Origin: Tubulanus polymorphus | Taxonomy: Eukaryota > Animalia > Nemertea | NCBI RefSeq assembly: GCF_964204645.1 | Contig: NC_134032.1 | Coordinates: 15,798,275-15,862,274, forward strand | Reading direction: 5' to 3' | DNA length: 64,000 bases | Shown here: in pieces, positions 39,001-47,887 of the stretch | Layout of the letters: each line of letters begins with the position of its first letter | Numbering within the stretch: the stretch's first letter is position 1 | The notes under the pieces: model-generated | Databases searched by the model: none | The model's input: only the letters and a program-made list of their open reading frames with translations | What the model was told of the DNA's origin: nothing | Made by a program: the position numbers and the translations under genes

Positions 39001-39344
39001 TCGTCGTGGCTCCCCAGGGAGGGGAAGCAAGAGTTGCCCCCGTGGTTGATGAGCCTATTGAAGGTAATCAGGAGGACGGGGCAAGGGTAGATAGGGGGAA
39101 GAGGCCGAGGAGGGATGGTGGTGGGGCTGGGGATGGTGCGGGTCCTGCTCCTCCTGCTCCTCCATCCGTATCTCGGGCGGTCACTCGTTCACTCGCCAAA
39201 AAGCTGGCGAGTGAACGAGTGGCCCGAGAGGTAGAGGTGGTGGCCCGGCATACGGATGGAATGTGGGAGGAGCGGCTGCGATCTGGGACAATTCCGGATT
39301 TGTTGACGGATTTGAAAAATATTCTTTCAGTGAAGGGATATTAG
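1847..39344 (+). CDS. Spliced 20-exon micro-exon-array gene, about 500 aa, largely disordered, probably nuclear protein of unknown family
   Basis: Twenty GC-richer islands, each bounded by a polypyrimidine-AG acceptor and (except the last) a GTAAG[T/A] donor. They splice into one stop-free frame, with phases 0 x16, then 1, 1, 0. Start is AAA-ATG at 1847; stop is TAG at 39342-39344. Confidence 0.85.
2236..2316 (+). CDS. Exon 2 (81 nt): QTRRRHLDERAEQEANLDRIGERSFQP
   Basis: cttttctag|CAA...CCG|gtaagt, phase 0-0. Confidence 0.8.
2637..3291. mobile_element. MITE with GGCCACACCAAA TIRs and TAA TSD (PIF/Harbinger- or Zator-like)
   Basis: taa|ggccacaccaaa ... tttggtgtggcc|taa. Confidence 0.75.
3529..3582 (+). 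CDS. Exon 3 (54 nt): FELTPPVQVERSEFSGDW
   Basis: tttttcag|TTT...TGG|gtaagt, phase 0-0. Confidence 0.85.
4735..4785 (+). CDS. Exon 4 (51 nt): YVPPTPPRRRQTLVRTP
   Basis: ttttcag|TAT...CCG|gtaagt, phase 0-0. Confidence 0.85.
5241..9175. repeat. 47-bp satellite, about 84 copies, inside intron 4
   Basis: Unit GAGTTTAGACTGGTCTTAAGTTGTTAGATTGGTTATAGAACCAGAAT. Confidence 0.98.
9395..9421 (+). CDS. Exon 5 (27 nt): DITPIDKTD
   Basis: tctttacag|GAC...GAC|gtaaga, phase 0-0. Confidence 0.7.
10559..10606 (+). CDS. Exon 6 (48 nt): SSMSMLSVSVSPPISA
   Basis: cttttctag|AGT...GCT|gtaagt, phase 0-0. Confidence 0.8.
10901..11157 (+). mobile_element. piggyBac-like MITE (TTAA TSD, CCCTTTCAG TIR)
   Basis: ttaa|ccctttcag...ctgaaaggg|ttaa; internal TACACCGCAGTGCGGTGTA palindromes; inverted copy at 36211-36492. 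Confidence 0.85.
11281..11325 (+). CDS. Exon 7 (45 nt): TSGFDIPSFPTTFGA
   Basis: ctttttcag|ACT...GCA|gtaagt, phase 0-0. Confidence 0.85.
12278..12345. repeat. (TA)n microsatellite
   Basis: Visible. Confidence 0.95.
12417..12458 (+). CDS. Exon 8 (42 nt): IEQYPSGQTPVISS
   Basis: tttgtag|ATT...TCT|gtaagt, phase 0-0. Confidence 0.8.
12815..12859 (+). CDS. Exon 9 (45 nt): ISYNLHVTPSPPMRP
   Basis: ttctccag|ATT...CCC|gtaagt; paralog of exon 14, differing only at third codon positions. Confidence 0.9.
14163..14207 (+). CDS. Exon 10 (45 nt): NQSMDIVDPTPDIGP
   Basis: ttttctag|AAT...CCT|gtaagt. Confidence 0.85.
14351..14392 (+). CDS. Exon 11 (42 nt): NHNNIPVQRSPVQV
   Basis: ttttctag|AAT...GTG|gtaagt. 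Confidence 0.85.
14856..14993 (-). mobile_element. Harbinger-type MITE (GGGCCRGTTGCA TIR, CAG TSD); copies at about 20061-20197 and 27707-27842
   Basis: cag|gggccggttgca...tgcaactggccc|cag at all three loci. Confidence 0.85.
17357..17401 (+). CDS. Exon 12 (45 nt): NQNNTPPAPAPVFAM
   Basis: ttttctag|AAT...ATG|gtaagt. Confidence 0.85.
17588..17626 (+). CDS. Exon 13 (39 nt): NTIKQELPSPTHD
   Basis: ttttctag|AAT...GAC|gtaagt. Confidence 0.85.
18047..18091 (+). CDS. Exon 14 (45 nt): ISYNLHVTPSPPIRP
   Basis: ttctccag|ATA...CCC|gtaagt; duplicate of exon 9. Confidence 0.85.
19387..19431 (+). CDS. Exon 15 (45 nt): NQSMDIVDPTPDIGP
   Basis: Identical duplicate of exon 10 with intact splice sites. Confidence 0.8.
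19575..19616 (+). CDS. Exon 16 (42 nt): NHDNIPVQRSPVQV
   Basis: Duplicate of exon 11 (one N>D change), intact splice sites. Confidence 0.8.
20617..21400 (-). mobile_element. Decayed Penelope-like retroelement (RT C-terminus plus GIY-YIG endonuclease)
   Basis: Minus-strand translation across frameshifts: LKFSVYRKPTNAEAYLHF, GLFLRALRIC, YPERIL, GVYQIPCNDCNMMYIGETGR (20874-20933), QRVKEH, ANHVFTTNH, RDTVESALI. Confidence 0.9.
22540..23355 (-). mobile_element. Decayed CR1/L2-group LINE, RT fragment interrupted by an insertion
   Basis: GVP*RSILGP (about 23354), MFADDTN (about 23285-23305), WFCANSLSLN, KFLGIQIDSSLNWKSH, SYCNIIWGNT. Confidence 0.85.
24498..24842. repeat. Dispersed repeat of about 340 bp; near-identical copy at 38083-38425
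   Basis: Direct sequence match. Confidence 0.9.
26983..27090. repeat. (TA)n microsatellite
   Basis: Visible. Confidence 0.95.
27574..27702. mobile_element. Second Harbinger-type MITE, abutting the copy at 27707
   Basis: Imperfect TIRs ggagccagttgctgaaaagttggtta / taaccaacttttgagcaactagtccc. Confidence 0.65.
29030..29750 (-). mobile_element. Decayed LINE ORF2 fragment (N-terminal part of RT)
   Basis: IIAKPLA*IVNNSFQNGVMPDVLKTSKVIHLY*KGDK and HYRPISL on the minus strand. Confidence 0.85.
30318..30478 (-). mobile_element. Second copy of the 458-617 MITE
   Basis: Reverse-complement match; TSD GATTT. Confidence 0.8.
33641..33698 (+). CDS. Exon 17 (58 nt, phase 0-1): NFQTQGVPLHRQSAETRAR(T)
   Basis: tttacag|AAC...CGAA|gtaagt; phase matches the next exon. 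Confidence 0.8.
34280..34345 (+). CDS. Exon 18 (66 nt, phase 1-1): INTLLAREIDDEEFLDIFLPQ(L)
   Basis: tctttacag|CT...CAAC|gtaagt. Confidence 0.85.
34771..35270. mobile_element. Foldback MITE with TIRs of about 200 bp and TA TSD (Tc1/mariner-like)
   Basis: ta|ctgtctgttacacatgctc...gagcatgtgtgacagacag|ta. Confidence 0.8.
35776..36002 (+). CDS. Exon 19 (227 nt, phase 1-0): TNIMMECEHRNKIQDFLRTFVPQGIPPPATPP...KRHSTRLMGRSFEGELAE
   Basis: tttacag|TA...GAG|gtaaga; matches ORF 35787..36014. Confidence 0.9.
36211..36492 (-). mobile_element. piggyBac-like MITE (same family as 10901-11157)
   Basis: TTAA on both sides, CCCTTTCAG TIRs. Confidence 0.85.
36497..36976. mobile_element. Second piggyBac-like MITE with a 34-bp subterminal tandem repeat
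   Basis: ttaa|cccattagcactc...gagtgctaatggg|ttca; GGGCGGATACGGGCGGCTTGAGGAGTAATAGGCA x3.5. Confidence 0.75.
37220..37288 (-). other. Degenerate tRNA-derived (SINE-head-like) segment
   Basis: Minus strand: A-box-like TGGTCTAGCG and B-box-like GGGTTCGCGTC at tRNA spacing. Confidence 0.4.
38952..39344 (+). CDS. Terminal exon 20 (130 aa): TRPPPKKKTKRKRKAP...RAVTRSLAKK...EERLRSGTIPDLLTDLKNILSVKGY*
   Basis: ctctttacag|ACA, GC-rich, in frame with ORF 38907..39344; basic NLS. Confidence 0.9.
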   Translation, partial: TRPPPKKKTKRKRKAPVVVAPQGGEARVAPVVDEPIEGNQEDGARVDRGKRPRRDGGGAGDGAGPAPPAPPSVSRAVTRSLAKKLASERVAREVEVVARHTDGMWEERLRSGTIPDLLTDLKNILSVKGY

Positions 39345-39865
39345 GTGCCTTGAACGCATGAGACGTTCATGTGCACCTAATATGCCTTCACTGAAAAAAA
39401 AAAATCAATTATAACATATACCCAAATGAATAACACACAACAGTTTCCTTTTTTAGCTCTCGAGTAGTGAGAGAGCTTTTACTATCGCGTTGTGTATAGT
39501 AACCGCGAACGGATGATTGACTCAACGAAAGATCGATAAATAAGGTCAAATATGCTGCAAAAATAGATCCAGCAACTATGACGTTATATTTGTGGGATGA
39601 TGATAGAATATGAGATTTTATACGAGATTTTATCGATATCATACAGCGTGAATCAACGCGCGGACGACTACATCACTTGGTGTGAACGGGCACTTTGCAC
39701 AGTAGCGGTCTTAAATGAATCGACCGCAGCCGCATCGTATGAAGTCGGCATTCTGGACTCTGTTCCAGATATACAGTCTACAGTTTTTAATCCAGATATT
39801 TTCATCGGTGAATCGGCATTTTATCTCTGATCCACAGTCGTTTTGGTATAATTATATGCTGGACA

Positions 39866-40530
39866 CAGTTCCACAGTTGTGTGGATTAAATCCGATTCTG
39901 CATCCAATTCCACAGTTGTGTGGATTTGATTTAGCACTGGGTTTAGGTAGATGCTGAACCCAGTTCCACAGTTCGGTGCGTTTAATTACACCTGGACTCA
40001 GATCCACAGTTCGGTGCGTTTAATTACACCTGGAATCAGTTCCACAGTTCGGTGCGTTTAATTATACCTGGACTCAGATCCACAGTTCGGTGCGTTTAAT
40101 TATACCTGGACTCAGATCCACAGTTCGGTGCGTTTAATTACACCTGGACTCAGTTCCACAGTTCGGTGCGTTTAATTATACCTGGACTCAGTTCCACAGT
40201 TCGATGCATTTAATTACACCTGGACTCAGTTCCACAGTTCGATGCGTTTAATTACACCTGGACTCAGTTCCACAGTTCGGTGCGTTTAATTACACCTGGA
40301 CTCAGTTCCACAGTTCGATGCGTTTAATTATACCTGGACTCAGATCCACAGTTCGGTGCGTTTAATTACACCTGGACTCAGTTCCACAGTTCGGTGCGTT
40401 TAATTATACCTGGACTCAGTTCCACAGTTGTGTGGATTAAATCCGACTCTGCATCCAGTTCCACAGTTGTGTGGATTTGATTTAGCACTGGGTTTAGTTA
40501 GATGCTGAACCCAGTTCCACAGTTGTGGAT
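39866..40530. repeat. 38-bp tandem array (about 12 copies) flanked by direct repeats of about 105 bp
   Basis: Unit CAGTTCCACAGTTCGGTGCGTTTAATTACACCTGGACT. Confidence 0.95.
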
Positions 40531-40663
40531 TTAATTGGGTAATTTCAGAACAGTCAACATTTTAAGCACATTAAAAGTTTTTATTTATAGAATTTGACAG
40601 AACTATGAGAACCACATAGGTACACCTATTTTCTGTCTCGATCGATATGTTATCTACTTGAAT

Positions 40664-40778
40664 GGACTTATCCATACCATAAGCTGGTGAGCCCTCGTGA
40701 CCTTGGGTGACCACCTGTTGTAAGTGGAACCAAAGCTCAAGCAGGTTTAGGGAAGGTTCGGTTTTAGTCGGGAATAAG
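40664..40778 (+). pseudogene. Possible degenerate 5S rRNA-derived segment
   Basis: Colinear 5S-like blocks CCATACCA, GCCC-TCGT, AAGCTCAAGCAGG, GG..GGTT, GGGA. Confidence 0.3.
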
Positions 40779-40802
40779 TTCCACAGTTGCGTGGGTTTAA
40801 AT

Positions 40803-41165
40803 AATTGTATATAGTTCGAATTGTATATAGTTTTAACTGTACATAGTTTTAACTGTACATAGTTTTAACTGTATATAGTTTCAACTGTACATAGTTTTAA
40901 CTGTATATAGTTTTAATTCTATATAGTTTTAACTGTATATAGTTTTAATTCTATGTATATCGTTTTAACTGTACATAGTTTTAATTCTATGTATATCGTT
41001 TTAATTGTATATAGTTTTAATTGTACATAGTTTCAACTGTATATAGTTTTAACTGTACATAGTTTTAATTGTACATAGTTTCAACTGTATATAGTTTTAA
41101 CTGTACATAGTTTTAACTGTACATAGTTTTAATTGTACATAGTATAGTTTAGTTGTATATAGTTT
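40803..41165. repeat. 16-bp minisatellite AACTGTACATAGTTTT
   Basis: Visible. Confidence 0.95.
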
Positions 41166-41227
41166 GGACCAGTTCCACAGGTGAATATTTAATGGTTGTT
41201 TGGGTTTGATTAGACTCTTGACCCACA

Positions 41228-42340
41228 GGTGTGTCGATTTAACTCTTTAAAGCCCAAAGCACCTTTTTGACTCAACGTCCAGTATGAAGGTGGCCGGGAA
41301 TTGGGCCTGTTTCCTTCCCTTTATGTTTCCCGCCCAGCATACTGGGCGTTGGCTCCTAAAGGTGCTCGCTCTGGGAGCTTATCAAAGGCAGGTGATGGGA
41401 AAGGTGCCATCACACACTCACCTTTGATAAGTTTCCTAGAGTGTCTGGTCTTTAAAGGGTTAATTCGACTTTGATTTTTCCCTTCAAGTTGTCCTGGGGA
41501 TGACTGCGCTCATTGTAAACTGTACATAGTCTTAGATGTACATAGTTTTAGTTGTATAAAGTTTCAACTCTTAGATCAGTTCCACAGGTTAATTTGTCCT
41601 GGGTATGACGTTAAACTGCCCTCATTTTAATGGTTCAGGTGCGTCGATTTAACTCTTTTCAGCCCAAAGCACCTTTTTGACTCAACGTCCAGTATGAAGG
41701 TGGCCGGGAATTGGGCCTGTTTCCTTCCCGTTTATGTTTCCCGCCCAGCATACTGGGCGTTGGCTCCTAAAGGTGCTCGCTCTGGGAGCTTATCAAAGGC
41801 AGGTGATGGGAAAGGTGCCATCACACACTCACCTTTGATAAGTTTCCTAGAGTGTCTGGTCTTTAAAGGGTTACTTGGACTTTGACTTTTCCTTTCAAGT
41901 TGTCCTGGGGATGACTGCGCTCATTGTAAACTGTACATAGTCTTAGATGTACATAGTTTTACTTGTATAAAGTTTCAACTCTTAGACCAGTTCCACAGGT
42001 GAATTTGTCCTGGGTATGACGTTAAACTGCCCTCATTTTAAAGGCGTGTCGATTTAACTCTTTAAAGCCCAAAGCACCTTTTTGACTCAACGTCCAGTAT
42101 GAAGGTGGTCGGGAATTGGGCCTGTTTCCTTCCCGTTTCTGTTTCCCGCCCAGCATACTGGGCGTTGGCTCCTAAAGGTGCTCGCTCTGGGAGCTTATCA
42201 AAGGCAGGTGATGGGAAAGGTGCCATCACACACTCACCTTTGATAAGTTTCCTAGAGTGTCTGGTCTTTAAAGGGTTAATTCGACTTCGCTTTTAAAAGT
42301 TGTCCTGGGTATGACTTTAAACTGCCCTCATTTTAAATTG
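41228..42340. repeat. Three tandem copies of a unit of about 410 bp
   Basis: Anchor ATGAAGGTGG at 41284, 41694 and 42099. Confidence 0.95.
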
Positions 42341-42674
42341 CGTACATCACCACGTAGTCATCGTCCAGCTTGACTCATCGTCCACTACTGGGCGTTGGCT
42401 CAATATTTATGTTGTTGTGTTATTCAATGTGGTATATGTTATTTTTGATTTTTATTTTTTCTAAAATCCGGAATTGTACCAGTTCAACGCCGGGGGGATG
42501 GTGGTGGGGTTGGGGTTAGTTTAGGGTTCCTCCTTGATTGCTTTCTTTAGCTTATTAACCGCGCTGGTGACATTTGCTTCCTTGCCGGTGTACCCCCGGG
42601 TTGGTATATTTTTTTACAATAGAGGCTATGCATGTTTTGAATATGGAAAATTTAAAAAAATATATAAAAATGTT

Positions 42675-43314
42675 AAAAAATCTCATCTCATTTCATCCAA
42701 TTTATTTGCGGGTGCGATTCCTATCGCACCCATTCATGTCATTCATCCAAAAAAAATTAAAAACTAAAAACAAAAAAAAAGTTAAAAAATTTAAAAAATC
42801 TCATCTCATTTCATCCAATTGATTTATTTGCGGGTGCGATTCCTATCGCACCCATTCATGTCATTCATCAAAAAAATCTAAAAAATCAAAAATGAAAAAA
42901 AAATTATAAAATCTTAAAAAATCTCATCTCATTTCATCCAATTTATTTGCGGGTGCGATTCCTATCGCACCCATTCATGTCATTCATCCAAAAAAAATTA
43001 AAAACTAAAAACAAAAAAAAGTTAAAAAATTTAAAAAATCTCATCTCATTTCATCCAATTGATTTATTTGCGGGTGCGATTCCTATCGCACCCATTCATG
43101 TCATTCATCAAAAAAATCTAAAAAATCAAAAATGAAAAAAAAATTATAAAATCTTAAAAAATCTCATCTCATTTCATCCAATTTATTTGCGGGTGCGATT
43201 CCTATCGCACCCATTCATGTCATTCATCAAAAAAATCTAAAAAATCAAAAATGAAAAAAATTATAAAATCTTTAAAAATCTCATTTCATCCAATTTATTT
43301 ATTTGCGGGTGCGA
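42675..43314. repeat. Tandem repeat of about 120 bp (240-bp dimer), each unit with a GGGTGCGAT-TCCT-ATCGCACCC hairpin
   Basis: Hairpins at 42710, 42832, 42951, 43072 and 43191; truncated copy at 43307. Confidence 0.95.
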
Positions 43315-43842
43315 CTGAAACATTGAGGTATTGAATCTTGAACTGAAACATCGAGGTATTGAATCTCGAACTGAAATATCGAGGTATTGAATCTCGAACT
43401 GAAACATCGAGGTATTGAATCTCGAACTGAAACATCGAGGTATTGAATCTCGAACTGAAATATCGAGGTATTGAATCTCGAACTGAAACATCGAGGTATT
43501 GAATCTCGAACTGAAACATCGAGGTATTGAATCTCGAACTGAAACATCGAGGTATTGAATCTCGAACTGAAACATCGAGGTATTGAATCTCGAACTGAAA
43601 CATCGAGGTATTGAATCTCGAACTGAAACATCGAGGTATTGAATCTCGAACTGAAACATCGAGGTATTGAATCTCGAACTGAAACATCGAGGTATTGAAT
43701 CTCGAACTGAAACATCGAGGTATTGAATCTCGAACTGAAATATCGAGGTATTGAATCTCGAACTGAAACATCGAGGTATTGAATCTCGAACTGAATCATC
43801 GAGGTATTGAATCTCGAACTAAAACATCGAGGTATTGAATCT
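43315..43842. repeat. 28-bp minisatellite A, about 19 copies
   Basis: CTGAAACATCGAGGTATTGAATCTCGAA. Confidence 0.98.
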
Positions 43843-44009
43843 AAAAAAAAAGAAAAAAAAAGTTAAAGTTCTCAAACAGTCGTAAGATGCAGTTGGCAAG
43901 ATTATAACGTACTGCAAAATTGAAATATAAAATAATTGATAAATAATGATTTATACAAATTGAACTTTGGTCACATATTGGTCCCCGTTATGTATGTTTT
44001 TGAAGAACT

Positions 44010-44660
44010 CTACAACAGCTCCTCATCAGAAATCAACAGCTCCTCGTCACACAACAGCTCCTCATCGAAAATCAACAGTTCCTCATCGAAAATCAACAGC
44101 TCCTCATCGGAAATCAACAGCTCTTCGTCACACAATAGCTCCTCGTCACACTACAGCTCCTCATCGGAAATCAACAGTTCCTCATCGAAAATCAACAGCT
44201 CCTCGTCGGAAATCAACAGCTCTTCGTCACACAACAGCTCCTCGTCACACTACAGCTCCTCATCGGAAATCAACAGCTCCTCGTCACACAACAACTCCTC
44301 GTCGGAAATCAACAGCTGCTCATCGGAAATCAACAGCTCTTCGTCACACAACAGCTCCTCGTCACACAACAGCTCCTCATCGGAAATCAACAGCTCTGCA
44401 TCGAAAATCAACAGCTTCTCGTCAGACAACAGCTCCTCTTAGAAAATCAGCAGCAGCTCCTCGTCACTCAACAGCTCCTCGTCACTCAACAGCTCCTCGT
44501 CACTCAACAGCTCCACGTCACACAACAGCTCCTCATCGGAAATCAACAGCTCCTTGTCATACTACAGCTTGTTAAACATCAACAACTCCTTGTCAACAGC
44601 TCCTCACTGTCATCCATCAACAGCTCCTTGTTGAACATCAACAGCTTCTCATCAGATCAA
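44010..44660. repeat. Mixed 18/21-bp repeat (AACAGCTCCTC...)
   Basis: Visible; generates Ser-rich and STAP-rich ORFs. Confidence 0.9.
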
Positions 44661-45407
44661 ATCAATGCAAATCAGGTAATTATGCTGTTACTGTATGAAA
44701 TTACTTATTTTACATATTTGTTATAACGATTGAATGAATTTACTTCGACATTGTTATTCATTTGTCATTTTCTTTGTCGTTTCAGTTTTATATTTACGCA
44801 GATCGTCGTGTGTAATCGCAACTATCGAAATACATGTCACATACAACAAAGAATAACCATGTGGCGCAGGCTCGGTTTGGTTTATGCTGCTACGAGACTG
44901 CCAAATATCAACTCTCAAAATGCTGCTACAAAACAGCTTTTAGCTGGTGAAAACCTACACCCCATTGGTGTTAAACGAAATCAATTGTTTCCACCTTGAA
45001 TCAATTGCATATCTATTGGTATATACATCAAATTCCATTCAATTATTCTAGGAATATAACTGTTGCAAGGAAATTTAGGATTCATTATCGTTACCTTGAT
45101 ATAAAGAGATTATTAGTAATTATGAATTTCCAGGGTTTAAAAGCGATTTAAAAATCTTGAAAGAGATTTTTGTGTTAGAAATTGCTCATCCTCTTACAAT
45201 TGATTAGGTGATCTATAATTTGGTAGATACTGCTGTTGGAAAGATGCCAGAAGAAAGTTGATTCATGCACATCTTCACTTCACGTATTTATTGCACAAGG
45301 CGCCGACTTGCACCTGCACTACACCATTCACACTTCACCACTTCTGCATCTTTATCAATTAATTCTGGCATCTGTTTGAAAATTTGAAATTAATTAAACA
45401 TCAGTTC

Positions 45408-46650
45408 TAAATCGAGCTGTTGAATCTGAAACTCAAACATCGATCTGTTGAATCTGAAACTTAACATCGATCTGTTGAATCTGAAACTTAAACATCGATC
45501 TGTTGAATCTGAAACTTAAACATCGATCTGTTGAATCTGAAACTTAAACATCGATCTGTTGAATCTGAAACTTAAACATCGATCTGTTGAATCTGAAACT
45601 TAAACATCGATCTGTTGAATCTGAAACTTAAACATCGATCTGTTGAATCTGAAACTTAAACATCGATCTGTTGAATCTGAAACTTAAACATCGATCTGTT
45701 GAATCTGAAACATAAACATCGATCTGTTGAATCTGAAACTTAAACATCGAGCTGTTGAATCTGAAACTTAAACATCGAGCTGTTGAATCTGAAACTTAAA
45801 CATCGATCTGTTGAATCTGAAACTTAAACATCGAGCTGTTGAATCTGAAACTTAATCATCGAGCTGTTGAATCTGAAACTTAAACATCGATCTGTTGAAT
45901 CTGAAACTCAAACATCGAGCTGTTGAATCTGAAACTTAAACATCGAGCTGTTGAATCTGAAACTTAAACATCGAGCTGTTGAATCTGAAACTTAAACATC
46001 GATCTGTTGAATCTGAAACTTAAACATCGAGCTGTTGAATCTGAAACTTAAACATCGAGCTGTTGAATCTGAAACTTAAACATCGAGCTGTTGAATCTGA
46101 AACTTAAACATCGAGCTGTTGAATCTGAAACTTAAACATCGAGCTGTTGAATCTGAAACTTAATCATCGAGCTGTTGAATCTGAAACTTAAACATCGATC
46201 TGTTGAATCTGAAACTCAAACATCGAGCTGTTGAATCTGAAACTTAAACATCGAGCTGTTGAATCTGAAACTTAAACATCGAGCTGTTGAATCTGAAACT
46301 TAAACATCGATCTGTTGAATCTGAAACTTAAACATCGAGCTGTTGAATCTGAAACTTAAACATCGAGCTGTTGAATCTGAAACTTAAACATCGAGCTGTT
46401 GAATCTGAAACTTAAACATCGAGCTGTTGAATCTGAAACTTAAACATCGAGCTGTTGAATCTGAAACTTAAACATCGAGCTGTTGAATCTGAAACTTAAA
46501 CATCGAGCTGTTGAATCTGAAACTTAAACATCGAGCTGTTGAATCTGAAACTTAAACATCGAGCTGTTGAATCTGAAACTTAAACATCGATCTGTTGAAT
46601 CTGAAACTTAAACATCGATCTGTTGAATCTGAAACTTATCTGAAACTCAA
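45408..46650. repeat. 28-bp minisatellite B, about 44 copies
   Basis: AAACATCGAKCTGTTGAATCTGAAACTT. Confidence 0.98.
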
Positions 46651-47039
46651 AAGTTTATTGGAAGCCATGTATGTTTTTGCTTAACTTGCTGTGTTTATCA
46701 GATTAAGAAGTGTTTTCTGGCATATGTCAGCCACTTCCAGATGAGTTCTCAGGTAGATTGAAATGTTATTGCTTATTGAAAAATCTAGATGTAGATGAGA
46801 TTTTGGGAACCTTGCAACAGTTATTCCACCTGAGGATGATATGATATAAGATGAAATATTTGATCACAAATAAATTATTGGATCATTTAATTGAAGCCAT
46901 ACATATAGGAAAAAAAGTCATTTAACCAAGTGTTTGAAAATCTTGGGAGAAATTTGTCTCGGACTACATTTGGAAAGAACTTAGTCAAAATTTGACTCTC
47001 GCATAAGTTCTTAGTTCGTTGATTGATGCATTTGGAAGA

Positions 47040-47760
47040 AATTCTTAAAAGATGAACACCTCAAAGTTCTTTATTTGACTCGAGCCTCCCACAACATACT
47101 TGAATGAACTTCTCAAAGTTTATTACTGAAGTCGATCTGCAGTTGGATTTGAAAGAACTTCTGAAAGTTGTTGTAAGATAAAGTGGAATGAACTTTTTAA
47201 AGTTCATTATTTGACTCGCGCCTGCATTTAAATCTACTTCGACTAAAGTCCGATTTGATAGACCTTCTCAAAGTTCTTTGTCATAAGACATGAATGAACA
47301 TCTCAAAGTTCATTATTTGACTCGCACCACATTTAAATCTACTTTGACTAAAGTCAGACTCGAAAGAACTTCTCAAAGTTCTTCATTTGTCATAAGACAT
47401 ATTTGTATGAACTTCTCAAAGTTCTTTGTTCGTCATAAGATGTATTCGTATGAAGGTTTTGATATGACTCAAGCCATAGTTTAATCTACTTCAACTAGAG
47501 CTGTATTTAAAAGAACTTCTCAAAGTTCTTTGTTCAACGTGAGACGTATTTAAAAGAACTTCTCAGAGTTCTTTGTTCATCGTAAGACGTATTTGAAAGA
47601 ACTTCTCAAAGTTCTTGGTTCATCGCAAGACGTGTTTGAAAGAACTTCTCAAAGTTCTTTGTTCATCGTAAGACGTACTTGAAAGAACTTACCAAAGTTC
47701 ATCATTGACTCGAGGCTGCAGTTAAATCTACTTTGTCTCAAGACACATTTGAGAAAACTG
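47040..47760. repeat. Degenerate repeats of about 43 bp (GAAAGAACTTCTCAAAGTTCTTTG)
   Basis: Visible. Confidence 0.8.
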
Positions 47761-47887
47761 CGTCGGTTAAAAATCAGGAATCAAACCTGTCAATTGTCAA
47801 TTGTCAGATTTAAATGCCTTGATTAAAAAATCAGGAGCTAAACTTCTAATTATGAACATTGAAAGAATTTTGAATGAAAAGTTTTTT

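Noticed and set aside
41284-42296. MKVAGNWACF... ORFs of about 64 aa in three copies
   Set aside because: Lie inside a 410-bp tandem repeat; variable ends, no recognisable homology or codon-position signal
43261-43799. Three overlapping 132-166 aa minus-strand ORFs
   Set aside because: Artefact of a stop-free 28-bp minisatellite cycling through all frames
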